Positions 1-13,512 of a stretch of 64,000 bases of DNA are shown here, piece by piece. The stretch spans positions 107,632,001 through 107,696,000 of the forward strand of contig OX597821.1 in NCBI GenBank assembly GCA_951406725.2. The letters are read 5' to 3'. Under the pieces are notes generated by a model. That model saw nothing but the letters and a program-made list of their open reading frames with translations, was not told where the DNA came from and made no database searches. A program made the position numbers and the translations under genes. Source of the stretch: Octopus vulgaris (lineage: Eukaryota). Position 1 is the stretch's first letter. The number at the start of each line of letters is the position of its first letter.

Positions 1-57
1 TCGCAACTCAAAGAGTTTACTCTACAACAATCTTCACGTTAATAATAATAATGGAAT

Positions 58-426
58 GGTACTACTTGAGAACAGTGGCCCCGGTGCGCGCACTCACATA
101 TGTGTTAGATTATTATTATTATTATATTATTATTGGTACTACTTGAGAAGAGTGGTCCCGGTGCGCGCACTCGCGTAGTCGCGCTAGCTAGTCGCGACTA
201 GTCGAGTCCTACAACGACCACTGTTCGCAAGTAGTACAAATAATAATAATAATAATGATGATGATAATAATAATAATAACACACAAAGTAAGGATCGACT
301 AGTCACGGCTAGCTAGCGCGGATGCGCGACTACGCGAGTGCGCGCACCGGGACCACTGTTCGCAAGTATTACCAATAATAATAATGATAATAATGATAAT
401 AATAATAATCAAACACATATGTGAGC
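58..426. repeat. Nested foldback / inverted repeat of a CpG-rich palindromic unit
   Basis: About 93-210 is an imperfect reverse complement of 291-425; extra partial copies at 58-95 (direct) and 216-237 (inverted); (AAT)n spacers. Confidence 0.85.
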
Positions 427-740
427 GTGAGTATGTGTGTATGTTTACGTGTGTTTGTATACGTAGTCACACACGTATAGTAATTCAGAGATACACGCAT
501 ATACACAGACATACGTCGTGTTTAGGGAATAGAAAACAAGCGAAAACGTGTCAAATACAATTGGAGAACAGAAGAATAAATGAGAAAAATCACTTCACAG
601 TTGAATGTTCCATTTCACTGTAACGTCCATTTTGTTGAAACCCGTATGGAAAGGAAGGGAAAGTAACTCGGGAAGGATTTGGTTAACAGTTGTGTCCCTT
701 GGTTTGGAGTTTTGTTGTTTTGTTTTGGGTTGAGTTAATG

Positions 741-746
741 ACGGGG

Positions 747-819
<73 letters not shown>

Positions 820-1050
820 TAGGGAGAGAGAAAGAGAGAGGAGGAGAGGAAGGGAGACGAATGAGAGAGAGGGGGAGACGAATGAGAGTGAAAGGGAGAC
901 GAATGAGAGAGAAGGTACACAAATGAAAGAGAGGGAGACGAATGAGAGTGAAAGGGAGACGAATGAGAGAGAAGGTACACGAATGAAAGAGAGGGAGACG
1001 AATGAGAGAGGAAGGGAGACGAATGTGAGGGAGGAGAGACGGGGAGATAG

Positions 1051-1105
<55 letters not shown>

Positions 1106-1620
1106 TAGGCAGAGAGAAAGAGAGATAGGCAGAGAGAAAGAGAGAGGAGGAGAGGAAGGGAGACGAATGAGAGAGAGGGGGAGACGAATGAGAGTGAAAG
1201 GGAGACGAATGAGAGAGAAGGTACACAAATGAAAGAGAGGGAGACGAATGAGAGGAAAGGGAGACGAATGAGAGAGAAGGTACACGAATGAAAGAGAGGG
1301 AGAGGGGCGACAGTAACAGAGAGAGCGATAGGATGAAAGAGGATGTGAGAGAGTGTGTGAGAGACAAACAGACAGAGAGGGAGAGAGAAGAAATGAGAGG
1401 AAGAGGGTAGACAGACAAATAGGCAGGTAGGAAGAGAGACAAAGAGGGAGAAGAGGGGCAGGAAGAGACAGAAGAAGACAGAGCGAGAGGGGGAGAGAGC
1501 GTGTGAGAGACAAAAAGACAAACACAGACAAAGAGAAAGAGGAGAGACAGAAGAAGAGAGTGAGTAAGAGTAAGAGAAAGGCGGGGAATACGGAAAGAGA
1601 GAGATAGAGACACAGGGACG
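741..1620. repeat. AG-rich minisatellite (GGGAGACGAATGAGAG-type units) inside an approximately 300-bp tandem duplication
   Basis: acggggagat(agat)n(ag)n block begins at both 741 and 1039. Confidence 0.9.
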
Positions 1621-1674
1621 GAAACAGCCAGCCAGCCAGCCAGACAGTTTGGTGAGATTAATTGCCGTGAAGAA

Positions 1675-2295
1675 GGCGGCGTGCTGACAGAAACGTTAGC
1701 ATGCCGGGCGTTCAAATTCCGCCGAGGTCGACTTTGCCTTTCATCTTTTCGGAGTCGATAAATTAAGTATCAGTCACGCACTGGGGTCGATGTTATCGAC
1801 TTAATCCGTTTGTCTGTTCTTGTTTGTCCTCTCTGTGTTTAGCCCCTTGTGGGTAGTAAAGAAATAGGTATTTCGTCTATATGTTCTGACTTCAAATTCT
1901 GCCGAGGTCGACTTCGCCTTTCATCCTTTCGGATTCAATTAAATATGTACCAGTTACACACTGGGGTCGATATAATCGTCTTAATCCGTTTGTCTGACCT
2001 TGTTTGTTCCCCTCAGTAAAGAAATGCTTAGCGGTATTTCGTCTGTCTTTACGTTCTGAGTTTAAATTCCGCCGAGGTCGACTTCGCCTTTCATCCTTTC
2101 GGGTTCGAATAATTAAGTACCAGTTGCGTACTGAGGTCGATCTAATCGACTGGCCACCTCCCAAAAATTTCGGGCCTTGTGCCAAGAGTAGGAAAGAATC
2201 GTTAAAGCATCGGGACAAAATGTTTAGCGACATTTGTTCTGGCTCAAATTCCGCCGAGATAGACTTGGACTTTCATCCTCTCAGGTTCGACAAAA
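1675..2295 (+). mobile_element. SINE family A (tRNA-like head, GGTCGACTTTGCCTTTCATCCTTTCGGGGTCGATAAA core), tandem partial units
   Basis: Core recurs four times here and many times across the window; from memory it resembles the MetaSINE-type central domain. Confidence 0.85.
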
Positions 2296-2353
2296 TCTAC
2301 AAGCAGGACCACTTGAGTATTACGGCCAAATGCTGTTCTGCAAACTCCAAGTA

Positions 2354-2740
2354 CAGTGATACCTCGCAGTACGAGTTTAATTCGTTCCATGACCGAGCTC
2401 GTCTTACGATTTACTCGTTTCACAAATCAATTTTCCCCGTTGATATTAACTAAAATGTAATTAATCTGTTCCAGCCCCCAAAATCCACTAAAAATTTAGG
2501 TGTTTTTATGGGTTTTAAAACAGAAAAGGTGTAGTTTCAAGTACACTGACACTCATAAAAAAGAGAATGCAAAAGAAATATGTAAACTGGTTTTATTAAC
2601 GAATTACCTTAAAGATGGGACGATTTGTGTGCTCGTACTGCGGATTTCCCTTCGTTCTTCAAGACAAATATTCGCACGAGTCTCGGCTCGTACAGCAAAT
2701 TACTCGTACAGTGGTGCACTCGTACTGCGAGGTTCAACTG
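2354..2740. mobile_element. pogo/Tigger-type MITE
   Basis: TA|CAGTGATACCTCGCAGTACGAG ... CTCGTACTGCGAGGTTCAACTG|TA terminal inverted repeats with TA duplication. Confidence 0.85.
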
Positions 2741-2780
2741 TATTTGATATCGATATTTTAGTTCGATCGTTAGAACTCTT

Positions 2781-3321
2781 TTAACCCTTTAGCATTCGGA
2801 TTACTCCGTCAAATGTTTGTTCCTTCTCGAGCTATGCCTGGCTCATTAGGGCCGGTTTCCTGGTTTCCTTGGCGTATAGGTTCCCCACCTGGACGGGACG
2901 CCGGTCCGTCGCAGGTGAGCTGCAAGATGCAGGAGGAAAGAGTGAGAGAAAGTTGTGGCAAAAGAGTCAGCAGAAGTTCGCCATTACCTTCTGTCGGAGC
3001 CGCGTGGAGCTTAGGTGTTTCGCTCATAAACACACACATCGCCCGGTCTAAGATTCGAACCCGCGATCCCTCGACCACGAGTCCGCTGCTCTAACCACTA
3101 GGCCATGTGCCTCCACACTCCGCCAAAAGTAATATTTATTTATTCACATTGTTTAGAATTAATAATGGATTATGTCATAGCTTTGAGATTTTGATGATGC
3201 GATTGCTTATTTATTCAATGACATTGTAGGATAGGTGTGAGAGGCTAGATCTAACCAGTTTGCACTTAAAGCAGGTAGAACATTTGGCCTGATATACCCG
3301 GTGCAAATGCTAAAGTGTTAG
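2781..3321. mobile_element. TTAA-flanked (piggyBac-type) MITE carrying a nested SINE
   Basis: TTAACCCTTTAGCATT at 2781 versus AATGCTAAAGTGTTAG at 3306-3321 (2 mismatches). Confidence 0.7.
2816..3116 (-). mobile_element. SINE family C (tRNA-derived head)
   Basis: A box TGGCCTAGTGG and B box GGTTCGAATC on the minus strand; approximate TSD actccg(t/c)caaa at 2803 and 3117. Confidence 0.85.
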
Positions 3322-3874
3322 ATCAGAGCGCGCGCACAACAGCCATCAGTGTACCATAGAAAAAAAAATGAAATTCCTTCAAAATAATAATTATGTTAAA
3401 TATAAAAGTTATACTTATTTATTGCATTTCTGACGGTATTATCTTTATATGGTGAAAGTTGTGTTTCGCTAATAAAGACATAACACCGAATCACGTACTG
3501 AGTTATCTTCTCTTTACTTGCTAAATTATCATTAATCAATTACTAGATTTTAACTCCTCGTTGTTTATTTATTTCTATCTTTTACAGGTTCCAGTCACTG
3601 GATTGCAGCCAATCTTTGGACTGAACGGTTTAGTCAACGCGTACTTACTTTTTAGAGTCTGTTTCTTATTCTATCGGTTTTACTTATTCTATCAGTATCT
3701 TTTGCCGAACTGCTAAGTTACAGGAACGTGAACAACCATACTTCCATGCCTTCGCCTAATATATTTATTCCTATATTTAAAAAAAAGTTCCTTATATTAA
3801 CACTTTGCCTATCTTGTGTGTTTCATGTAGTACACAGGACATATTTTTTTGATATCCATGCATCATATATGATA

Positions 3875-5230
3875 CGAGGTGGTTAGGTTCCCGGACTAAT
3901 TATGTTTATTAAAAATTATTTATTTACCTAAGGCTGCGAGCTAGCAGAAACGTTAGCATGCCGGGCAAACTACTTAGCGGCATTTCGTCTGTCTTTACGT
4001 TTATAGGTGCAGGAATGGCTGTGTGGTAAGTGACTTTCTTACCAACCACATAGTTCTGGGTTCAGTCCCACTTCGTAGCACCTTGGCCAAGTGTCTTCTA
4101 CTTTAGCTTCGGGCCGAACAATGCCTTGTGAGTGGATTTGGTAGATGGAAACTGAAAGAAGCCCGTCGTATATATGTATGTATGTGTGTGTGTATGTTTG
4201 TGTATCTGTGTTTTCCCCCCAACATTGCTTGACAAACCGATGCTGGTGTGTTTACGTCCCCGTAACTTAGCGGTTCGGCAAAAGAGACCGATAGAATAAG
4301 TACTAGGCTTACAAAGAATAAGTCCTGGGGTCGATTAGCTCGACTAAAGGCGGTGCTCCAGTATGGCCGCAATCAAATGACTGAAACAAGTAAAAAGAGA
4401 GTAAGTTTCCTCATCGTCTCCTTCGAAACAGTCCCCATGGACAGTAATACACCGGTCCAAGCGTTCCTACCACTTTTGGAATCCGGCCCGGAAGTCGCTT
4501 TCCTTAAGCGATTCGCTCTTGATCTTGACAATGATGTTCAAACGGCGACCTTCAAGCTGCATTTTCATCTGCGGCAAGAGATGGAAGTCCACAGGTGCCA
4601 AATCTGGTGAACAGGGCAGGTGTTCAAGCGATACCATGTTGCTTTTGGCGAGTAACTCACAAGTGATGAGAGTTCTGTGACAGGGTGCATCGTCGTCGTA
4701 AAGAACCCAATACTCCGCGATTCGTAGATCCGGTTACTTTCGCCTAATGCCCTCCCTCAAACGCTTCAAAACCTCACAGTAGAACTCTCGATTTGGAGGT
4801 CTGTCTCTGGGAAACCAATTCGCGATGCGCAATACCACATTTCCGGATGTGACGCTTGTGGTAGGTCTTCCAGATCGCTCATCATCATCCAGGGACGTTC
4901 TTACACTTTTGAAGCACAAGTGCCACTCGTACAAGTACATTGCGTGCGACCCATTGCCTCGTTGCCGCAGCTTGCTCATTGTCTTTGTAGCAGACTTCCC
5001 GAGTTTAACGCAAAATTTCACGTTGGATCCTTCTTCCTGTCCATGACAAAATCGCAAACTACAGCATCACAAAACTCATATATTTCACAACTTGCAAAGT
5101 AAACACAGCGATGTCACGCGGCACACTGCCTCATGAAGATCACTGATAGCTTTCACTTCGCACGCAACCGTGTGCTGCCATCTGTTGGCGTGCTACAGAA
5201 CTACTTCGAGAACATTTTGATGCCATCTCG
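3875..5230 (-). mobile_element. Decayed, internally deleted mariner transposon
   Basis: NVKFCVKLGKSATKT...DDERSGRP N-terminus, WVLYDDDAPCH and SPDLAPVDF motifs; TA|CGAG...CTCG|TA ends. Confidence 0.9.
3932..4404 (+). mobile_element. Family A head joined to a full SINE family B copy, inserted in the mariner
   Basis: gctgcgagctagcagaaacgttagc head, then a second tRNA-like head, CCTTGGCCAAGT CORE-like box and gaaacaagtaaaaaga tail. Confidence 0.85.
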
Positions 5231-5610
5231 TATACATTCTCAAATTTGTTTTTCAGCCATCAGGGTATCTTGGAACTTATGAAAGGGAAGTTTTATGTTA
5301 TTCAAAACGAATGTAACAAGGGCTAAATAAATGTCTGAAAACATAGAAGTTGAAGAAAACCTATTCAAAAAGATTTTGAACAGCGAAAGAGTTAAACGGG
5401 GAGTGATTCATTTATCACAACGCACAACCATGTAGAATAGCAAAACAATTCGCAGATGACACACCTGGCATCTTTCCACTACATATGATACGCATTCCCT
5501 ATTTAATTTCAGTCGTCAGAGTAACTTGGGACTTATGAATGAAGGCTGTATACCCAGGGTATATACTGTATACCCAGACACACAACCATGTAGAATAGCA
5601 AAGCATAATA

Positions 5611-6030
5611 GGCGCAGGAGTGGCTGTGTGGTAAGTAGCTTGCTAACCAACCACATGGTTCTGGGTTCAGTCCCACTGCGTGGCATCTTGGGCAAGTGTC
5701 TTCTGCTATAGCCCCGGGCCGATCAATGCCTTGTGAGTGGATTTGGTAGACGGAAACTGAAAGAAGCCTGTCGTATATATGTATATATATGTATAAGTGT
5801 GTGTGTATATGTTTGTGTGTCTGTGTTTGTCCCCCTAGCATTGCTTGACAACCGATGCTGGTGTGTTTACGTCCCCGTCACTTAGCGGTTTGGCAAAAGA
5901 GACCGATAGAATAAGTACTGGGCTTACAAAGAATAAGTCCCGGGGTCGATTTGCTCGACTAAAGGCGGTGCTCCAGCATGGCCGCAGTCAAATGACTGAA
6001 ACAAGTAAAAGAGTAAAAGAGTAAAGAGAG
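5611..6030 (+). mobile_element. SINE family B (CORE-like, CR1-type tail), near full length
   Basis: A box TGGCTGTGTGG, B box GGTTCAGTCC, CTTGGGCAAGT, internal (TA)/(TG) tract, (GTAAAAGA)n tail; near-identical to 14502-14893. Confidence 0.9.
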
Positions 6031-6087
6031 TATATCACAGATGATACATAGGACATATCTTCCTGGTATCCTTGCATCACATACAAT

Positions 6088-6410
6088 TTTTTTTTATTTA
6101 TGCGCCCCTTTTCAAGCCTAGCCAGGCTCACGGGCCCGGTTTCCCGGTTTCTCTGGCATATGTGTTCCCCCCCCCCCCCCAGTTGGACGGGACGCCAGTC
6201 CATCGCAGCGTTACTCAAGAAACAGGAAGAAAGAGTGAGAGAAAGTTGGGGCGAAAGAGTACAACAGGGGTCGCCACCACCCCGTGCCGGAGCATCGTGG
6301 AGCTTTAGGTGTTTTCGCTCAATAAACACACACAACGCCCGGTCTGGGAATCGAAACCGCGATCCTCCGACCGCGAGTCCGCTACCCTAACCATTGAGCC
6401 ATTGCGCCTC
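6088..6410 (-). mobile_element. SINE family C with A-rich tail and 13-bp TSD
   Basis: TSD catcacatacaat at 6075-6087 and 6411-6423; tRNA-like A and B boxes. Confidence 0.92.
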
Positions 6411-6648
6411 CATCACATACAATACATATCCCAGTTTCATTTCAGCCATCTGAATAACTTGGGACTTATGAAAGGAAAGCTTAATATTATTCAGAACCTT
6501 TGAAACAAGGATTAATTATAAGGCATTGAGGTTTAGGACAAGCTTATGAAAATGCATTGGACAGGCAAAGGTTTAAGTATATCAACTATATTAACACTAA
6601 CTTAAGTGCTATATTTCATGCAGATGGCGTCTATAAGTATTTTCTTGT

Positions 6649-6717
<69 letters not shown>

Positions 6718-7035
6718 TCCCTTCCCCTTCATGGTCGACAATACGACACTATTTCTTAACGCTTTTAGCACGTAAAATATTTTTCTAGCTTAAGTTTCGT
6801 TATTTAAATTTTCATCTCTGAAGCGTCCTCTACTGTGAAAAGAAGGTTAATTATTTTTTATAGATAATGTGGTTTTGTTGAATTTCACTCTATTTCACTG
6901 ACGATGTTTATATAGGTAGGTATAAGTATTCCATTCCAAAATTCTTGCATTTAAAATATTTCTTTGTGTGAATGTCTGTCTGTCTCTGTGTGTGTGTGTG
7001 TGTGTGGATTTTCTCGGCACGTGCGCAATCCAATA

Positions 7036-7174
7036 GTATGTATGTATGTATGGATGTATGTATGTATGTGTATGTATGTATGTATGTATGTATGTATGTA
7101 TGTATGTATGTATGTATGTGTGTATGTATGTATGTATGTATGTATGTATGTATGTATGTATGTATGTATGTATG

Positions 7175-7205
<31 letters not shown>

Positions 7206-7308
7206 TGTATGTATGTATGTATGTATGTATCTATGTATGTATGTATGTATGTTTGTATGTATGCATGTTTGTATGTATGTATGTATGTACGTATGTTTGT
7301 ATGTATAT
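7036..7308. repeat. (TATG)n microsatellite
   Basis: Direct inspection. Confidence 0.97.
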
Positions 7309-7339
7309 GCGGTGGTAAGAAACTCTCAAGAGAGCTAAA

Positions 7340-8985
7340 CAGCAGAATATATTCAGAGACGAAGCCTTGTCTTGCCTCCTCAGACAACTATTCCAGCCCT
7401 TAACTTCGTACACTCTAACGGGGCCGGGCCGGGCCGCATCCGGACCATGACTCCTGGGTACCCTTCTGCTGACATTTTTTTTTACTCCCTTGGATATCAG
7501 AGACTTGTACATTAAACTGTTTGGAGATTTCAATCGACTTGGAACTCTTTGTTGTTTCAGCTTTCAATCTTACACTTAAGGAAATAACGTCAGTTAGTTG
7601 TCAAGGTAGCGGTGCAACGACAACGCCACCACAACGATTCGCTGAGAGTTACGTCCCTTAGCGTTAAAACTTAAATATTTGCCTTCAAACGGTATGGAGG
7701 TTGTTTTTGTTGCTCCTCGGCCAGGCCCCAGCTGGAACAACTCTCCGCTATCTCTGGTGTTGCCTTCAGGGCTTTCGTCCGGTTCTTTCCAGACACTGAG
7801 AGTTGTTTATTAGATCATAAGCAGACTTGTACACAAAAAACTCTGGCTCCAACCTCTATAGAGAGAACCTTGTCCCGGAAGTTGGCTTTATACAGGCTGT
7901 TGGCTAGACTGACGTATTATTCGGCCTTGAACACGTGAGCTTCTTCTATCCTACTTTTAAATGGCATTCACTTGCTTTGATGAACAAGAATGGAGTACGA
8001 ACATTATCCAGCCTGAAGCCACGCTTCCTGGTGAATTCCGGTTTTTCTGCTGATCCTGGAAAGTCTGCTGAGCACACCCAGTCATCCACACCACCCAGAA
8101 GACTCCATTCCTATGCTCCATATGGCATATCTGTTCCTCGCCATAATTTGCTGCCTCCTACTGTGTAGAATGTACCTGGAGATTCTGGTGCTCTGGATTT
8201 TACTCTTGTCGTACTTATCACCTGTACTTTCTCCTTAAGTACTTGATTGTACCTCCGCGTGTATCTTCCTTGGGATAATTCTACTCTGAAGAAGCTCAGA
8301 AGGTGTTCCACTATATGTCTACCACAGCAGAGCGGACACTCAGGATTATCTGATTTCCCCCCCTTCGCCAAGTTCATATTCAAAAGCATGACATTATAGA
8401 CAAATCTGAAGATAAAGCTTACTCTACGAGAGGTGTTAAACACCACAAGTCATTCCACTTGAAACACTTCACGTCGTCCACTGATTCAGTTGGCTCTGCT
8501 GTACTGCCTTCCAGAGTCTTCTGGCATCCTCTTCTTTTTTCACTTCCTGCAGATTTAGCTTCCGCCTCGTCTCTCTTGGCTTCTGACCACCATTCCATTC
8601 GTATTATATACCAAGTCCCTGCTTGTGTCCCATTATTAATCTGATCATAAGGTTTTCCTTTGTTGCATACACCACCACGTGGACATCTCATTTCTCGCTT
8701 CCCATCATCAAGGGCCGGCTCGACCTCACGACCTTGTCTTTCGAGTCTTCAAGCATGGAAAAGAGCTTTGCTTTTTCCGATCTTGTATTCTCCTACGATG
8801 GACTTGAAAAATAACGTCAGCTTGACCTTGGGACATTATAGTGCATCATCAGTGTGACCCGGTGGGGCACCAAAACACTCCTTTGTGTACTTGTTGATTT
8901 TGGCTTCAACGTCTTCTCCACTCACCATGCTAGTGCTGATATCGTTAATCAGCAAAGGCTAGAGAAGCTTTGGGATTAACAGGAA
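7340..8985 (-). mobile_element. Decayed 3' part of a Hero-like RLE non-LTR retrotransposon
   Basis: SFIFRFVYN...CPLCCGRHIVEHLLS...SQGRYTRRYNQVL zinc-knuckle region and IEVGAR restriction-like endonuclease motif. Confidence 0.85.
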
Positions 8986-9398
8986 ACAAAGCGGAGATAT
9001 ACATCAATACATAAGGGGATATGTTCATATATATTTATACACTGATATATCTATCAATCTCTGTCTGTCTGTCTGTCTCTTTCTTTCTATAAATAAAAAA
9101 GTTTGAAAACGCCACTATATAAGATAAATTTTAATTTTTTGAGATTTTACATGCTTCGGTTCTTCTTGAAAAACGAACCTTATCAAAAATGTTTTTAAAA
9201 GTTAAGTGTAATAAAAAAAAGTTCATAATTGTTTCTTACTAGTCTCAACAGAGTCCACGTTGCGGTGTTTTTTGTTTTTTTTTGGTGGGGGAGCGTAATG
9301 GCTGTCTTGTGCGTTGACTAGAATCGTTGGCTGTAATATATATATATTTATATCGTTGGCTGTAATATACATATGTGTGTATGTGTGTGTGTGTGTGC

Positions 9399-9436
<38 letters not shown>

Positions 9437-9446
9437 TTACATAAGC

Positions 9447-9602
9447 TTAAAGCTTATAGCGATCACCGTGCAATGACTAAGGAAAATAGTCTAATAAAGG
9501 GGCTTATAAGCCCTCGACCGAAAAAAGAAGGCTTAGGTTTTATGTGCCCCTTTTTCAGACAATTTTCCTTAGTCATTGCACGCTGATCGCCATAAGCTTT
9601 AA
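9447..9602. mobile_element. Approximately 155-bp hairpin MITE; related partial copy at about 22087-22178
   Basis: ttaaagcttatagcgatcaccgtgcaatgactaaggaaaatagtct is nearly the reverse complement of 9557-9602. Confidence 0.85.
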
Positions 9603-9697
9603 AAGGTTCTCATAAACGTTGAACCACCAGACATCCAGCGACACCTGTCGGGTAAGTAGACGCCTTTTGTGTCTTCTCCAAATTCTGTCCGGTCATC

Positions 9698-12372
9698 ATG
9701 ATGTGTTCAAGAGTAGGTAGTATAAATGTTCGTAGCCAGGATCGTCTGCACAATGACATCAGGTCACTATCTATGGATGTGACAGCCATCAGCGAAACCA
9801 GGATTTCTGACATATGCGATTTAGCCCCCATTTTCGACGATTTTGAGATTTACGCATCTCTTAGTCGGTCTAGAATGGTAGGGGCAGGGAGAGTGCTGTT
9901 TAGGAAAGGCCTGGATCTCGAGGTACGGACGGTCTTCCTGGACCCGGAAAGAAAGTTGGTGTTCCTGGATGTGAGCAACAGTGAAGGTGGTACATTCAGA
10001 CTAGTGGCTGTGTACGCCCCAACTTGGGAGGGGCAGCCAAATTTCTCCAGACGTTTGGCGGTTTTCCTGGGGACGTCTCGCACTTTAGTTCTAATGGGAG
10101 ATTGGAACGTCATTTTGAATGCACGCCTGGATAGAGTGGGACTAGCCGATAAGAGATGGATGTGCAAAAGCCTCACAAACCTGCTCAGTCGTTTCCAATT
10201 GGCTGATAAGTACCGAATGGATTTCCTGAATGAGGCAATGTGGACATGGCTAAACAGCACCGAGTCTTCCAGATCGTATTTAGATATGATATTCCGTAGG
10301 CCAGTAGATACAAATAGCATAGGTTGTCTACAGTTTAAAGTCGTCGGCTACAGAGATCACAAGTTTGTGATCTGCACGGTTGACATAGATAGGATCTATA
10401 AGCGGGGTCTCGGGTACTGGAAGCCGAACGCGCCTTTCCCGGCGCATCAAGCATTCAGAAACCGGGTTAGCAAGTTAGTTCGTCGGAAGTTGCCGGGCGC
10501 AATTGTCGACAACCGTTGGTGGTTAGCCTTGAAAGGGACTATTAGAGCAGAGGCAGTAGGATTTAGCAAGGAAATAGCCTTAGAGGAATCTAGAATAGAA
10601 GAAGAGCTAGTTAGAAAGCTAGAGGAGAGACATCGCGACTGACGCGATGGCGGCGAGATTAGCTCTTGATCAATTCTTCAGTGCCAAGCATGAAGGTTGC
10701 GTTGTCAGAGCTAGGACGTGTGCTTAAGACATGAGGGGACGTAAGCCGTCCGATGGGCCCGAGTGGCAGAGATGCATCGTGACAACAAAGCGACTATTCG
10801 GTTTTTGACGGGCCGGGGCGGGCGTATGCTACACAAGTCCAAGCAGATGTGTACGGAATTTCAGCAGCACTTCGCCGAATTGTTCGAGGCTCGCGGTGTG
10901 TTGGGGACGGAGGTGGATTTCACTTCCGACCTCGATGGCATGCAACGCCTTTCGGCCAGGAATACGGAGTTTTGCGAAATGCCGATAACAGCCGAAGACA
11001 TACGGGACGCGATGACGAGCTGCACAAGACAGAAGTCTCCGGGACTCGATGGTCTGCCCTTCCAGCTTTATTTTCAAATGACATACTTGTTCGGTGATCT
11101 CTGGGCGGATGTCTGCCAAACCTCGCAGCAGAACGGGAGAATACCCAGTACTGTGAACCGTGGCGTCGCGATGCTGCTGAGAAAGGACCCCCCAAAAAAG
11201 GTGGTCGGGGACACCAAATAGATAATTTTAGGCCCACAACTCTGCTAAACACAGATTATAAGATTTTGGCCAAAGTGTTAGCCAAGAGATGGAGCTTGCT
11301 GTCGATAAGCTGGTCGGTAACGCGCAGACATGCGCTATTCTGAACAGATCTATCCAAGACAACCTCCACCTCAGGTGCGACATCATAGAGAGGGTGCGGA
11401 AGGAACCTGGCACTGGTGGGTCTCTGATCAATTTGAATCAATCAAAAGCTTTTGACAGGGTTGACCATCAATACCTGGAAGCTGTCCTCACAGTGGCCGG
11501 CTTCGGTCCTGTTTTCAGAGGCCAGATCGCTGTAGTGTATAGTAGCATCTGTTCGGTGGTCAAAGTAAACGGCCATCTATTGGAATCGTTTATTATGGCT
11601 CACTCGGTCCGTGAAGGACGTTCACTCTCTCCCCTTCTGTACGTGCTTGCTGAAGAAGTTGGATATTTCGAGGGGCATCCGACGTGATCTAGGATGCGGA
11701 AGGTTCGTGTCGGCTTATCCGGACGACATCACCGTGATAGTGTCGGACAGTTCAGAAATCGAGGTGATCGGCTTTACTTAAAGAGAGTACGAAATGGAGA
11801 CAGGAGCAAAAATTAATCAGGACAAGTCAGTGGTCCTTTATCTCGGCACCTGGAGAGTCAGGTCCATGCCAACCGACAGCGCGGTAAGGCACTGGACGGA
11901 AAGACCGGTTAAATTGCTCGGGGTCTGGTTTGGTCTTGACCTCCAGGTGAACAAGAACGGTGGGGAGGTGACGAGCAGGGTACCAATCTCACCCAGAAAT
12001 GTGCAGAGAGGAAGCTGTCCCTGAAAGGTCGGGTGCAGGTGGCGAATGTGTACATCACTTCTGTCATCTACTAATACCTGACTGTCGTCCCTTGCCCCGC
12101 TTCATGGTTGACCAAGCCGGAACGCTTGATCTTCCGCTTTCTGTGGAAGGGACGTGCTCCGTTCGTCAAACGGCCCTTCTGCTGTCAACAGCCATTGCGC
12201 GGAGGACTGGGCATGTCATGGCTAATTGAGTTTGTAAACCGGAGGTACATACTCATACCAATTCTCTGTTACTTCATATTGGTATTTACGCTGTACGATT
12301 TTTTTTTAATGTTTTGTGTCCCCAATGTGTTGTAGTGTCACCTCTGTGTAAAACTGTATGGTGAATAAAAAA
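9698..12372 (+). mobile_element. Tx1/L1-clade LINE ORF2 fossil (APE endonuclease + RT) with 3' UTR
   Basis: SINVR, SETR, VYAP, GDWN, YLD, DHK, GYWK; KSPGLDGLP, LLNTDYKILAK, KAFDRVDH, YPDDI; many stops and frameshifts; AATAAA before (ATT)n. Confidence 0.92.
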
Positions 12373-12415
<43 letters not shown>

Positions 12416-12416
<1 letters not shown>

Positions 12417-12856
12417 GAATGAGAGAGCAGTGCATTCCATCAAAGTGACACTGGGGTAAAATTTACGAAGCCCAGTATATCCATCATGACTACCCGTCTG
12501 ATAAAGGTACACCAGGCACATGCATCACAACCATCTGTGTACGACATGGTGATCTAATGTCAAGATAAACAGCACATGACCTTGCAGGTGGGGCCCAGTT
12601 AGAATTTTCTTCTGGTCGAGTAACCCATCCCGCTCAAATAAGGGTTGTTTAAGGATGTTGAATGAAACACCCATGTTTCCAGAGGTGAATTATTCAAACC
12701 CCAAAGAATCCCTCTCAACACATGGCTATGATGCTCCCCCACTACTTCTGCTCGTGATCAGAGATGCACATATCGTCAGCCACTAAGGGACATGCTCAAC
12801 TGGTTAAGGTCAAACGACTGACAAGCAAATCTGTGGTATTGAGCAGAATATTTGCT
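12416..12856 (-). mobile_element. (AAT)n-flanked non-coding retroelement 3' segment (family D)
   Basis: Homologous copies at 13888-14044 (-) and 45776-46171 (+) share the 3' end ctctctca(c/t)tc(AAT)n. Confidence 0.8.
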
Positions 12857-12868
12857 TATTATTATTAC

Positions 12869-12912
<44 letters not shown>

Positions 12913-13221
12913 GGGGAGGAGGAGGAGGAGGAGGAGGAAGGGGAGGAGTAGCGCTGGCAGTGATATGACGTCGTTCAACTTCAATGACGTCATAAATACC
13001 ATTTTTTCCCTTCAGTTTGAGTTCCTTCCATCCATCCATCCATCCATGCTTCTTTTTTAATCATTGACTTTTTCTAGTTTTTTTCAGTTTCTTTTTCCCA
13101 CTCCGTTATAATTGTTTTTTGTTGTTGTTTATTTGTTTTCTTTGATCTTTCTTTCTTTTCTACTTTATCTCGTTTCACTCTCTCTCTCTCTCTCTCTCTC
13201 CCTCTCCCTATTTTTGCTTTA

Positions 13222-13288
<67 letters not shown>

Positions 13289-13512
13289 GATCTATCTATC
13301 TATCTATCTCGTTGTCACCATCTCTTCATATTTACTTCTTATTCGCTCTTTCTATATACCTGACGCATTATTCTTGAATTCCTGGCTGAAATCTTACAAT
13401 TTAGTCTTGCGTTACAGATTTGCTCTTTATTCAAAGAAAATATTTATTTTTTATCTCCGATAAAAAGAAAAAAAAAATCGAAATATTAAAATAAACTGAC
13501 AGAAAAAGGAAA

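Noticed and set aside
9698-10642. Host AP-endonuclease gene (314-aa ORF)
   Set aside because: It is the endonuclease part of a disrupted Tx1/L1 ORF2, continuous with frameshifted RT fragments
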